Below, piece by piece: positions 1-11,677 of a stretch of 64,000 nt of DNA. The stretch comes from Eledone cirrhosa (lineage: Eukaryota): the NCBI GenBank assembly GCA_964016885.1, contig OZ024741.1, positions 381,176,001 through 381,240,000 on the forward strand, in the 5' to 3' direction. The stretch's first letter is position 1. Each line of letters begins with the position of its first letter. Both the position numbers and the translations under genes were made by a program. Under the pieces are notes generated by a model. The model had not been told where the DNA came from. It ran no database searches and saw only the letters and a list, made by a program, of their open reading frames with translations.

Positions 1-366
1 GCTATGTGATTGACATAATCTACTACTACATAATTAAATCATCGATGTAGTTTAATAGATCTAATACTCAGTTTTGGTTGCGTAATCAGTTTATTTCTGC
101 AAGACAGTATTACGAGGGAGAATGTTGGTGAATATCGTTCACTGTGTTGAGTACTCATTCAGCCCGATTCTGGGAATTCAATGGAGTGAGTTCTTATCTA
201 ACGCTAACTCATTTACGTTTTATCAGGTTTTATTTATGTTTTAGCGAATGGTTACACACACACACGCACACACACGCACGCCCCCCCCCCCCACACACAC
301 ATATCATATTTAATCAGAGGTTAGGTTGTACGGGGTTACGTGTTACCAGTAGCACACGAGAGCGAC

Positions 367-397
<31 letters not shown>

Positions 398-448
398 GTA
401 TTAAGGATACTATTATTGATTATTGTAATCTATATATATATATATAAA

Positions 449-1025
449 TATATGAAAGACGTAAATAAGAAAGTTATGAAAATTGACTTACTTACTAAAA
501 TTTCACTCCAATTAATTAGTTTCTGTAAGGGGATAAATATAGTTACGTAATATAACCATAGAGAAGCCTTACGTCATCAGGGAGTCTATTCTCAGCTAAG
601 CTTCCAGGCAATGCGGGGACACTGGGAACTTATATAAAAATAATTCAGTGGATGGAAAAAAAGCGAGCGGGGCTAGATTCCAAGACATTGAAAATTCACT
701 GCCTACTTGGTCAAGTAACAAATTCAAAAGAATCAATCACGTGACACTGAGGTTAATCAGCTAGGAGTGGGGGTGCTATTAACACAGAGCCTAGCCACTA
801 CTATCAGTCACAGTAGTAATTTCGGCAAATTTTGCTCAACAAATAATTTGGAGATAATTATAAAGAATTAATATATCTACCGACATATCTATACAGATGC
901 ATACCTATGCTACCAAATATATATGTTTTGTCTTAGTAACTTTTTGGTTCTATGCAGGGGGATGCAGAACAATTATATGAAATACGTAAATAAGAAAGTT
1001 ATGAAAATTGACTTACTTACTAAAA
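449..1025 (-). mobile_element. Non-coding Penelope pseudo-LTR or retrozyme-like unit (525-bp period, about 1.1 copies)
   Basis: 52-bp direct repeat at 449-500 and 974-1025 (1 mismatch); internal hammerhead motif; (TA)n tracts on both sides. Confidence 0.6.
505..585 (-). ncRNA. Type I hammerhead ribozyme motif, probably with one stem III mutation
   Basis: Minus strand reads ACUCC-CUGAUGA-C GUAAGG...CCUUAC A-GAAA-C UAAUUA A-UU-GGAGU; stem I ACUCC/GGAGU, long stem II, palindromic loop III. Confidence 0.7.
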
Positions 1026-1033
1026 AACAGACA

Positions 1034-1075
<42 letters not shown>

Positions 1076-1115
1076 AAAATTTACGAAATGGAAATGCGGG
1101 TATATAGAATTTATT

Positions 1116-1236
1116 AGGTAACAATTGTTTCTATAGTGTATGAGTTACCTATACTTCGCTACTTGAATAATACACAAATATTATCAAAAACCGAAAGTAC
1201 ACTGTAAGCCAACAAACACCCCATGTCATCAGACCT
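1116..1236 (-). ncRNA. Type I hammerhead ribozyme motif in Penelope pseudo-LTR (left arm)
   Basis: AGGU-CUGAUGA-(long stem II)-GAAA-CAAUUG-UU-ACCU on the minus strand. Confidence 0.75.
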
Positions 1237-1646
1237 TTGTATTAGAATGATATGAAAATATTTCATACACTAGATAAAAGATAAAGAAGGAGGTAGGAAG
1301 AGAAGGGGAAGAGGGAAGTGAATAAGGTGGAGGGAGTCTTAGGGTTTAAGACTGTCAGACTAGTAGAGATTGTGAAGAGAGAATGTTTTGGCAGCAGTTA
1401 GCTTAATGAGGCGTGCTAAGGTTGGCTGGGAAGTAGATTCTTCTAGTGGTGTTGTTCGGACAAAATTTAGTTAGAGGGGTCAAAGTGGTACAGTGTCACA
1501 GACAAGTTATTAGGGCTATTATAGTAGCAGGTTATTTCTAAAGGGGTCCAGAAAAACAGTGTTTAGTACTATTATTATAGAAAGCAATATCTAGTGTATA
1601 AACATATAAGACAGAAATTTGCAAACGTTGGTGTAAAAAGGTAACA

Positions 1647-2945
1647 TTATATGCATTTAAAAAAAGAAAAAGTCGTTTTCAAACGATGGTTACAGTATAG
1701 AGAACGTTCAATTTTGCTGTTCAAAAGTTTGTTTACCGACGTTAAAATGCAGTATATCTCTAAATTGCATAACTTGCAGAATCGATGATTTTGCTGATAT
1801 GCAGGCGCAGCTGCAATAATTTGCCAATCAAGGGAGAACGCTTGATTGTTCCTCCGAAGCTGCCAGGCTTTATCGGCGAGGGTTGTTACGGAGCGCATTT
1901 TCTCGTGCCTGATCGAAGATCGATGTTGGTATAGGCGAGCCTTGAAAGAAGTTGCGGTACATCCGACGTAATACCATTTGTTGGTCCTGGAATTTATTGT
2001 ACACCGGTAGACAATATTGCGTGCTAGGCACTGGTTATTCAGTGGGCACGTATCTGGTTTGGTGCAGTTACAGCTATTTTTATGTTTTGCAGTAGAATCC
2101 TGGATAGTTTGGTGGGGTTGTGGTTGCGTGTTAGTGCGTTGTATGTTGCTATGCTGGTGCGCTGAGTCATTAGGGATGTACTTATTCAGTATTGCTGAGT
2201 TGAGTTTTCTAATTAGTTGTTCTATGTTAGGTGCAGTGGAGTATGAGAGTCTAATGGTGCGCGAGTTAAAGATTTTATAGTATTTATGTGAAGTTGTAAA
2301 GTGTTTATTGATTAGTGTATAGAATTGTGAGATAATCTTAGTGCTAATAGAAGAATTGTACACGGGGTTATACCATATGTACTCTCTACGTCTGACTCTA
2401 TTTGCTGGTTTGCACCTGTTAGTATGCCTATTGATGTGTGTGTGTGGTGTAATACTAGTTCGACTTAGATGTGTTTTATTCCTAGTACTTATGTGGTTAT
2501 CGTCTAGATATTCAATTTTCTCGCAGTAACCAGCTTTTCTAAGTGCGTCATTATAATATTCAGCACGCTCGTTGAAGGTCTGCAAATTAGACGACAGTCG
2601 GGAGATCCTTATGGATATATTTTTAGGGATAGATTTAATAATGGAGTGAGGATGGTTCGATTTTACATTAACGTACTTAAGATTTTTATTAAGTTTGTGA
2701 AATGGCTCTATATTACCGTTATTAAGGTTGAAGGTGACATCCAAGAAGTTGACCACCTTAAGATTGTGTTCAAAGGTAATATTAAGCCCTAGTTCTAAGA
2801 AAAGTTTCCTAATGTTTTTACGTCGCCTTTCTAGGTTTTGTTTGTTCATATTCTTGATTAATAGAAGTGTATCGTCGCGGTATATTCCGCCGTGGAGGTC
2901 CGTAAATTCGCTCTGGAGTCTATGGGCTATATAGATCCCAACCAA
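1647..2945 (-). pseudogene. Penelope RT C-terminal half plus GIY-YIG endonuclease (open frame, 5'-truncated)
   Basis: 432-aa uninterrupted frame starting inside RT motif B'. Confidence 0.9.
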
Positions 2946-2971
2946 TCAGGTTCTAATGATTCGGCGGAGGT

Positions 2972-4213
2972 CACTAATCAATAAACACTTTACAACTTCA
3001 CATAAATACTATAAAATCTTTAACTCGCGCACCATTAGACTCTCATACTCCACTGCACCTAACATAGAACAACTAATTAGAAAACTCAACTCAGCAATAC
3101 TGAATAAGTACATCCCTAATGACTCAGCGCACCAGCATAGCAACATACAACGCACTAACACGCAACCACAACCCCACCAAACTATCCAGGATTCTACTGC
3201 AAAACATAAAAATAGTTGTAACTGCACCAAACCAGGTACGTGCCCACTGAATAACCAGTGCCTAGCACGCAATATTGTCTACCGGTGTACAATAAATTCC
3301 AGGACCAACAAATGGTATTACGTCGGATGTACCGCAACTTCTTTCAAGGCTCGCCTATACCAACATCGATCTTCGATCAGGCACGAGAAAATGCGCTCCG
3401 TAACAACCCTCGCCGATAAAGCCTGGCAGCTTCGGAGGAACAATCAAGCGTTCTCCCTTGATTGGCAAATTATTGCAGCTGCGCCTGCATATCAGCAAAA
3501 TCATCGATTCTGCAAGTTATGCAATTTAGAGATATACTGCATTTTAACGTCGGTAAACAAACTTTTGAACAGCAAAATTGAACGTTCTCTATACTGTAAC
3601 CATCGTTTGAAAACGACTTTTTCTTTTTTTAAATGCATATAATGTTACCTTTTTACACCAACGTTTGCAAATTTCTGTCTTATATGTTTATACACTAGAT
3701 ATTGCTTTCTATAATAATAGTACTAAACACTGTTTTTCTGGACCCCTTTAGAAATAACCTGCTACTATAATAGCCCTAATAACTTGTCTGTGACACTGTA
3801 CCACTTTGACCCCTCTAACTAAATTTTGTCCGAACAACACCACTAGAAGAATCTACTTCCCAGCCAACCTTAGCACGCCTCATTAAGCTAACTGCTGCCA
3901 AAACATTCTCTCTTCACAATCTCTACTAGTCTGACAGTCTTAAACCCTAAGACTCCCTCCACCTTATTCACTTCCCTCTTCCCCTTCTCTTCCTACCTCC
4001 TTCTTTATCTTTTATCTAGTGTATGAAATATTTTCATATCATTCTAATACAAAGGTCTGATGACATGGTGTGTTGGCTTACAGTGTACTTTCGGTTTTTG
4101 ATAATATTTGTGTATTATTCAAGTAGCGAAGTATAGGTAACTCATACACTATAGAAACAATTGTTACCTAATACATTCTATATACCCGCATTTCCAGTTC
4201 GTAAATCTTTTCT
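2972..4213 (+). mobile_element. Inverted second copy of the Penelope family A 3' region (GIY-YIG + pseudo-LTR)
   Basis: Near-perfect reverse complement of 1072-2317; ORF 2956-3642 matches the C-terminus of the minus ORF except one residue (D/G). Confidence 0.95.
4053..4169 (+). ncRNA. Type I hammerhead ribozyme motif in Penelope pseudo-LTR (right arm)
   Basis: AGGU(4053)-CUGAUGA(4057-63)-C AUGGUGUGU...AUACACUAU A-GAAA(4154-57)-CAAUUG-UU-ACCU; predicted GUU cleavage after 4165. Confidence 0.78.
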
Positions 4214-4351
4214 CCATATTTTCTCCGGATTTTAAAACACACTTTATTATACGTTGAGCAATCTCTGACGTCAGTTGACTCCATCCAATGCAACCACTTA
4301 GTAACATTGGAATACAAATCAACTAATTCTTATATATATATATATATATAT

Positions 4352-5200
4352 ATTCTGTCTGTTTTTTTCGTTCCCGATAATTAATTTCGAATCTAATGAT
4401 GGTCCTCCTAGAAGCTAGTATTATTGTCATTTCATCAGAAGTTAGGTCAGAAGTTTTCCGGGCAAAGTCGAGAATAGTGCTACTCAGTACAACCTGTCTC
4501 ATGTTGGGGTAGTTGGCAAATAAACCGGCAGCCCCACCAGACTTGATTGGTGAGGAGGGTGATATTTGGATACCCTGTGGGAGGAAATACAAGCCCTGGC
4601 AAATAGTAGAGGAAGTCAGCTAAGTCAACGCCCATCCCAATAGTACCTGGGAGTGAAAGGTCCCCAGTTGTTGTCAATACCTTTCTAGGAAGCATCAAGT
4701 GATGTTCATCAGTTCACCTCCTTTTCGGGTGGTGTTTTCGATGCACAGAGAGTAGGATTGGTCGAGTACAAGGCCTTTCCCAGACATAGTTGGAATATAT
4801 ATATAGCGTATAACTTACATAAGGAATTTAGAAACCTCCAAGGAGGAATTTATAGAGATGACACGCTCCTTTTAGCTAAAAACATGAATAATCAAAGCAT
4901 GGAAAGATTACGGAAAAAAATTAGGGTTTTCTTCAATAGAATAGGCCTAGCTATCACTTTCGAATTTAGCTCTAAAAAAGTAAACTTCTTAGATGTAACA
5001 CTCAATCTAAACACTGGACAATAGAGCCTTTCCACAAAAATAACGAGAATCTAGCCTACATTAGTTATAACTCCAACCATCCTCGCTCCATAATTAACTC
5101 GATAGCAGACACTATATCCCTCTGAATATCCCACCTATCTTCAAATCTAGAAATATTCAAAGAACACGCAAACTACTAAAACATAGCTTTACATAAGGCC
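4352..5200. mobile_element. Degenerate Penelope family B RT fragments: 4352-4480 (-) and 4785-5200 (+)
   Basis: DFARKTSDLTSDE..ILASRRTII on minus; GIYIA..GGIYRDD..VNFLDVTLNL on plus; both pieces are collinear in the copy at 50300-50600. Confidence 0.8.
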
Positions 5201-5449
5201 GCCCACAAGGATGGGCTCAAATACATATACAATAGATACACTAACCGCAAACTTCATACCAACTACTCTACCCGCACCTATAGGAATAACGATTATAGAA
5301 CTAAACATAGAAATAGGCAACTGACACATGAAATGGGCGAATCGAACACCAATATAGAAACTCCAGAAAATCCAGAGTAGGAAAAGTTTCAATCCAGTCT
5401 GCCTTCAGAATACTCACAACCTCTAACTGGATAACCTTAACCGATAACT

Positions 5450-5481
<32 letters not shown>

Positions 5482-5484
<3 letters not shown>

Positions 5485-6616
5485 CACAGTCTCAACCTCT
5501 TGCATCAAATCCTCTGCCACCTTCACTGTATTTGTCACCAAAACTATGTCGTCGGCAAATTCACCATCTGATATCTTTTTCGCCTTAACTCTCCTGCTCT
5601 GAGTCGGTGCTACAGTAAAGCCAGAGTCGTGGTGTTTCTCCAGTGCAAGGCACATACAAATAGTCCACTACGATGATAAAAAAGGTAGGGAGCCAATGTA
5701 TCTCCTAAGAGCACTCCAGCCAGTATCTCAAAGAACTCTGTCATCCCATCAGGTGTAATGACTTGGGCTTTGGTGTTGGTGTACAGCAGTGATATCAGAT
5801 CCACTATCTTCTTGGGGTTTCCATAAGCCTGTAAGATCTTCATCAGACAGTGATGGTCCACAGAATCAAAGGCCTTCCTAAAGTCAATGAAAACCATGAC
5901 TGCAGGAAGGCACTTTGCTCTAGCTCCCTCTAATGCCAGTGTGGGGCTGAGAATGAATGACACCAAAACAAAATATCTGCTAGAGAATGTTGAGAAGCCA
6001 GAGCGGATCACTAATGTAGGCGGGAAGCCGCTAGAATTGGTTGAGGACTTCCTGTATTTGGGAGCAAATATGGGGAAATGCGAAGATGGTGTGGTTGAGA
6101 GGAAGAGCAAAGCCTGGGCGGCGTTCCACAGCTTGAGATCGGTGTGGAAGTCGGACCTTCGTAAAGACCTGAAAATCCGCCTCTTCATTGCTGTAGTGGA
6201 GTCTGTGCTGCTGTACGGGGCTGAGACTTGGACACTGACCAAGAAACTCACTCAGATGTTGGATAGGTGCTACACGAGTATGCTGAGGATGGCTCTGAAC
6301 ATTAATGAGTATACACCGAGGATGAAAGCCTCAGAGCTGTATGGTAGCCTCCAAAAAGTCAGCTCAAAAGTGACACAGAGGAGATTGAGGTTAGCTGGAC
6401 ATGCTCACCGACATGCAGAATTGACATTGCACTCAGTGCTCCTGTGGGAGCCCTACATGAACACACTGGAAGACGAAGACCAAGGTTAACGTATGTTGAT
6501 GCCCGAAGGACAGACATTGGTCTGTTGGAGCGCAGAACATGGCAGCGATAATGAGGGACAGAAACCGATGGAGAGATCTCATCCATTGATCTAGAGAATT
6601 TTACCCGCCCTAGAAA

Positions 6617-6618
<2 letters not shown>
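5482..6618. mobile_element. RTE-clade LINE with inverted 5' part (5482-~5915 minus; ~5930-6618 plus)
   Basis: IDFRKAFDSV, GVLxGDTLAP and FADD on minus; VGLRMN..KTK, FLYLG, LLYGAETWTL and RRLRLAGH on plus; (TA)n both sides. Confidence 0.9.
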
Positions 6619-6666
<48 letters not shown>

Positions 6667-7102
6667 AGGCACCCAATATTTTGAACTGGTTTATAGAATT
6701 CTCTTGGCATTTGTTACTCCAAGTAGAGCTTTAAAGAATTAGCTTTTAAAAAATTTCTCTTTTCTTTAAATCCATCAACCATGACCGACCCCCCAACCAT
6801 CTTATAGCCACCTGAAATTTAGACATTGTTAGCTTAAGAGAAACTTAAAAATAAGGAGTGGCACCCCATTATGAACTTGTTCATAGAATTCTTTCTGCCT
6901 TTGACACTCTAAATATAAATTATAGCCTTAAAGAATTAGCTTTTAATGAATTCCATTTTCTTTCAACCAATGACCTCCACGCATCCCACTCCCCACCCTC
7001 TCCTACCAGCTGAAAATATATAAATACCACAACATAGCCAGATTCCTGATGATTTCTAAAGAATGAAACAGTTCTAGTGCAGTAGAATCTCATCTATATT
7101 AA

Positions 7103-7316
<214 letters not shown>

Positions 7317-7840
7317 CACTTTCTCTCCACTGGCCTCTTCCTCGCACTTCCACTCACTCTCTGCTTCTCCGCTTCTCACTTCCTCCCGTTTGGCCTGTAG
7401 TGGGGTCTTTTCCTGCTCACACCTCACTCGCGTCGGACGGTCTTTAGTCTCCCGCCCATTAAATCCAAACAGCTAAAGCTGATCGGACTCCCATGTGCTT
7501 GTTTTTTCCTATCTTTGCGTTGCTATCCTTCTATGTTTGTTTACTTGTCTCGCTCGCTTTACGCGATTTACTTGTCCCAATAACTTTATTTAGCTATTGG
7601 TCGCACCAACTGGAGGTATATGATATTTAAAGCGATGAAATACCAATAAAGGTTGGAAAATCACTGATGAAGGACTATTTTTATCATATGTAACCCATGT
7701 GCAACCACGCAGTATTCTTTCTTGTCATGTTTTATATATATATATATATATATAGTAATAATAATAAATTTGAAGACCAAAATCCAAAGAGGGTTCGATA
7801 AGGATAAATATATATCAAATATATAAGAACCGTAGAGCAA

Positions 7841-7976
7841 ATATTTATTAAAATAACAGATTAAATTTTAATCAAAGAATCGCTGCTTTGACCCTTAACG
7901 GGATCTTCTGACGATCCCGTTAAGGGTGAACGCAGCGATTCTTTGCTTAAACTTTAATCTGTTATTTTAATAAATA
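7841..7976. repeat. Fold-back inverted repeat (about 65-bp arms) containing a degenerate hammerhead-like core
   Basis: 7841-7905 is the imperfect reverse complement of 7913-7976; CTGACGA-TCCCGTTAAGGGT-GAA-CGCAGCG at 7908-7937. Confidence 0.85.
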
Positions 7977-8008
7977 TATATATATATATATACATATAAC
8001 TCCTCCGT

Positions 8009-8099
<91 letters not shown>

Positions 8100-8176
8100 C
8101 GAAGGAAATGTGGTGAGGAACCAGGTGGACCATAACGCACCAAAGTACTCAATACTTAGGGTAGTAGAGTCGGTAA

Positions 8177-8234
8177 TAGGAACAAGTAAGACCCCGACGG
8201 CTGAGCTCAAGCCGTTTCGACGGCTAATTCTGTA

Positions 8235-8238
<4 letters not shown>
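8177..8238 (-). ncRNA. 3' half of a hammerhead motif, truncated by (TA)n; same family as 56855-56963
   Basis: Minus strand GAAUUAGCCGUC-GAAA-CGGCUUGAGCUCAGCCG-UC-GGGGU, nearly identical to 56911-56963. Confidence 0.7.
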
Positions 8239-8314
<76 letters not shown>

Positions 8315-9588
8315 GAATAAGTAAAAGCGAAGTAGTTTCAGATGTTCAAGTCCTTTAATAATAATGCTGTGATATATATTTCAATGACGACACTGGCCAC
8401 ACTGTTCTGTGTGCGAGTGTCGTGACATCATCAGACAGCTTGTTACATAATAAGGTTGTTTCCGAGGCAATCCAAATTGAATCGACATGGGAACGGATGA
8501 AGTTCGTGCTTTTGGGTTTTTCATCCGTTCCCTTGTGAGTACCAATTCACCCCACCGGTCTGCGCAAGCGCATGTCCGAAGGAAGTTGACCATTAGCACC
8601 GCAGATTTCAACGAAATTCGCTGTCAGTGGCCCACCTATGCCTTGCCAAAATTTACTGCTACCCATCGCTACTGTGGCAGTCAGCCGAAAGCCAGATGGG
8701 GATGGGAGGGTGTTAGTTTTTATAGGTCATAATACTACCTTTCACTAAGCGTTGACAATAAGACTGACCATCAACTCATAAGGTAAAATAAACTTAATTC
8801 TAGGTACTATGGTTTTACATAGTAAGTTAAGAGTGAGAGTTGGAAATAAAAATTAAAATTAAAGGTTAAAATCCTAAATCAAATATCAGAGATTATAAAT
8901 TAAACAATAAAGAATTCAAAAATTCTAAATTCAAAAATTTTTTTCAAGTGATAATTCGGATTAAGTAAAGATATACATTGAAGTGAGTAAATAATATGGA
9001 GAGAGATGTTTAAGTAATATGTTCTGGGAGGGATTCTAGTGTTACAGATATTGAACGGCAGTGCCGGACCTTATAACGGAGGGCAAACCACATGGTTCAA
9101 GGCATTAGCCAATCCGTTACACGGTCATACTTTCGATCACATGGAACAGAGTCAAAGAAAAACAGACAAAAAGTACACAAAAGTAAAGAAAAGAACAGTG
9201 CTTGAATTGAATTGCATCAATGTTTACCCTAATATATATATATATATATTTATATATTGATATATATATTGATATATATGTGTGTATATATGTTCTATTT
9301 CTAACTCTATCTTCTGATGTAGGACTAGTGTCGTCCTGCTATTTCAAGCGCTAAACTAATATAATTCTGCCATGTACTGTGGTGTTTTTCTGTGTTATTT
9401 CTGTTCGCCTTTTACATACACAAAAACTCACGAACACTCCCCCCCCCACCCACATATATATATATATAATTTCTGCAATAATATATCAAGTGTACATTGT
9501 TAAATAATTATGGCTTTAATACATATTAACACTGAAATAAACATTTCCTCTATAGATGCATCTTCATGTACTTAAATAGGCATGTGAA

Positions 9589-9770
9589 AATAATTGTTTC
9601 TACTTTAGGCACAATGCCAGCAATTACCCAGTGCATTACTGGTACTTTATTTTATCGACCCCGTAAGGATGAAAGGCAAAGTCAACCTCGGCGGGATTTG
9701 AACTCAGATCGTAAAGGGACGTAACTATGCTGGAAAGCATGGCGTCCGAGCCTCCACCGATACTGCCAAT
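9589..9770 (-). mobile_element. tRNA-derived SINE (octopus-type)
   Basis: A box TGGCAGTATCGG, B box GAGTTCAAATCC, core GCCTTTCATCCTTACGGGGTCGATAAAATAAAGTACC, tail GTAGAAACAATTATT; many copies in the window. Confidence 0.92.
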
Positions 9771-10371
9771 GAAAATAATGTAGTCTCGAACTGATAAACG
9801 TATACATTTTGAGATTTGATTTTACAACTCGCAAATGCTAGAATAACTATCCACATCACACAAATCAATAACGAATTGAAGTTGTATTGTATTGTCAGTA
9901 TTGAGTTGTCCAATATTTGTTGCACCCAGATGTGTGTTCACTATTAATAACAATAACGGCCTGAGAGTTATCGAAACTAAAACAGAACAAAAATAAAAGA
10001 AGAAAAAGAAAATTTTAAATCCTATCAAGCAAAAATACTTTACGTTTCTACAAACAATGCAACTGAGACCTTTCATAATAATGTACGACTTAATAGAAAC
10101 CAATCCTTTTATATAATTGCAATGTATATCTGAACATTGTTTCTCTTCTGTGTAATTGATTGTACCTTCAGCTGCAGGTGATGTGCTAGGCTACAGATTA
10201 ACGGTCTTTAGATATTGTATTATTCTAAGTGTCGTGCATTATAATATATGTCTTCATCTACATTAGTGTTTTCTTAAATGAATTGTTGTTAATATGAATA
10301 GTTTTCAGATACATTCTTTTCAGTATCAATTTTAATATATAATTCATACATACCTATATGTAGAGCATTAT

Positions 10372-10760
10372 CTGTGGATTGGGATTTGGCAGTATCAGTA
10401 GAGGGCTGGACGCCATGCTTTCTAGCATAGTTACGTCCCTTTACGATCTGAGTTCAAATCCCGGCGAGGTTAACTTTGCCTTTCATCCTTACGGGGTCGA
10501 TAAAATAAAGTACCTGTAATGTACTGTACTGGGTATTTGCTAGCCTTGTGTCAAAAGTAGAAACAATTATCTGTGGATTGGCAGTACCGGTAAAGATTCA
10601 GACACCATGCTTTGCAGCATGGAGTTATGGCCCCTTATGTCCTGAGTCCAAATCCCGCCGAAGTTAATTTGCCTTTCATCCTTACGGAGTCGATGAAATA
10701 AAGTACCAGTAATGCACTGGGTATTTCCTGGCCTTATGCCAAAAGTAGATTCAATTATTT
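10372..10760 (+). mobile_element. Two head-to-tail copies of the same SINE
   Basis: Units at ~10372-10570 and ~10571-10760, each with A/B boxes, core and tail. Confidence 0.92.
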
Positions 10761-11324
10761 GTATGATTTTATCAAATATCGCATTTATTTAATTCACATT
10801 AATGTTTCCTTCTATATAGCATATTTTAAATTGTTTCAAGTTATACTAACTCCTATTTGTATTTTTATTGTTCAAAATTCTATATAAGGTTTCATATATT
10901 GACATAGTAAATTGTTAATGAAGCCATGTGTTCAGAAATGTGTCATTAGTTCAGACCGTATAAAATCATTGAAGCTAAAAGTCCCACTCTAATATTTCAA
11001 ATCAATTATATAACCATATATAAATATATATTCAAATGGTATTAAAATCATACGAATATTGTAGAGTGGTGGAAACTACAATTACCGATATAATCCTATT
11101 TTGAATTTATATACTCCTCTAATACGCGAATTTATATGTGAAGATCAGGATCTAAGTTTAACTATCTCTTTTACACCCTAGATCCCATTAGTAAATAGAG
11201 TAGAAGAAAACGAAGACTACTCCATTGTAAATTTCGTGTTATATTTACAGAGAATCATAAGGACCTAGGCCTAGAAACAGACATGCTGCAAAAGAATCAA
11301 TTCTGCAAACCAATAGTGACTTAT

Positions 11325-11480
11325 TTAATAATCATTTCTCATTTAGACACAAGGCCAGTAGTTTAAGGAGAAAATTGATTACATCAATTCGAGTACTTGG
11401 CCGTTACTTCATTTTATCGAAAAGGAAGGCTGAAACGTAACCTTGACTTCAGTGGAATTTGAGCTGAGAACGTCAGGGCC
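11325..11480 (-). mobile_element. Degenerate SINE
   Basis: Decayed similarity to the SINE tail, core and B box. Confidence 0.65.
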
Positions 11481-11677
11481 GTGAACAAAGATGTAATATT
11501 ATTCTACCAGTTCCTTTCTCTAGCAGTAATTGACTAATGCAAAGCGATTGATATTGTTTCGTCATTTATTCTACTGCTTTATTTAACGAGCAAGCTGCAA
11601 AGGTGAATCAAATGGTGAAATGCCGAAACAACTTTGATTTACTCGTGCATTATTTAAGTTTCATTTGCATTTAGTTA

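Larger units (their letters stand above)
1072..2948 (-). mobile_element. 5'-truncated Penelope-like element (Neptune/Nematis-like, family A) with 3' pseudo-LTR
   Basis: ORF 1647-2945 has GGIYRDD, VNFLDVTFNL, SNHP, a CNC..CP..C linker and a GIY-YIG domain (IVY..YYVG..FKARLYQH..C..C..E..LLN); 3' end abuts (TA)n. Confidence 0.93.

Noticed and set aside
7660-7715. CTGATGA-AGGAC hammerhead start (similar at 9314)
   Set aside because: No GAAA or closing stems can be threaded; at most decayed remnants
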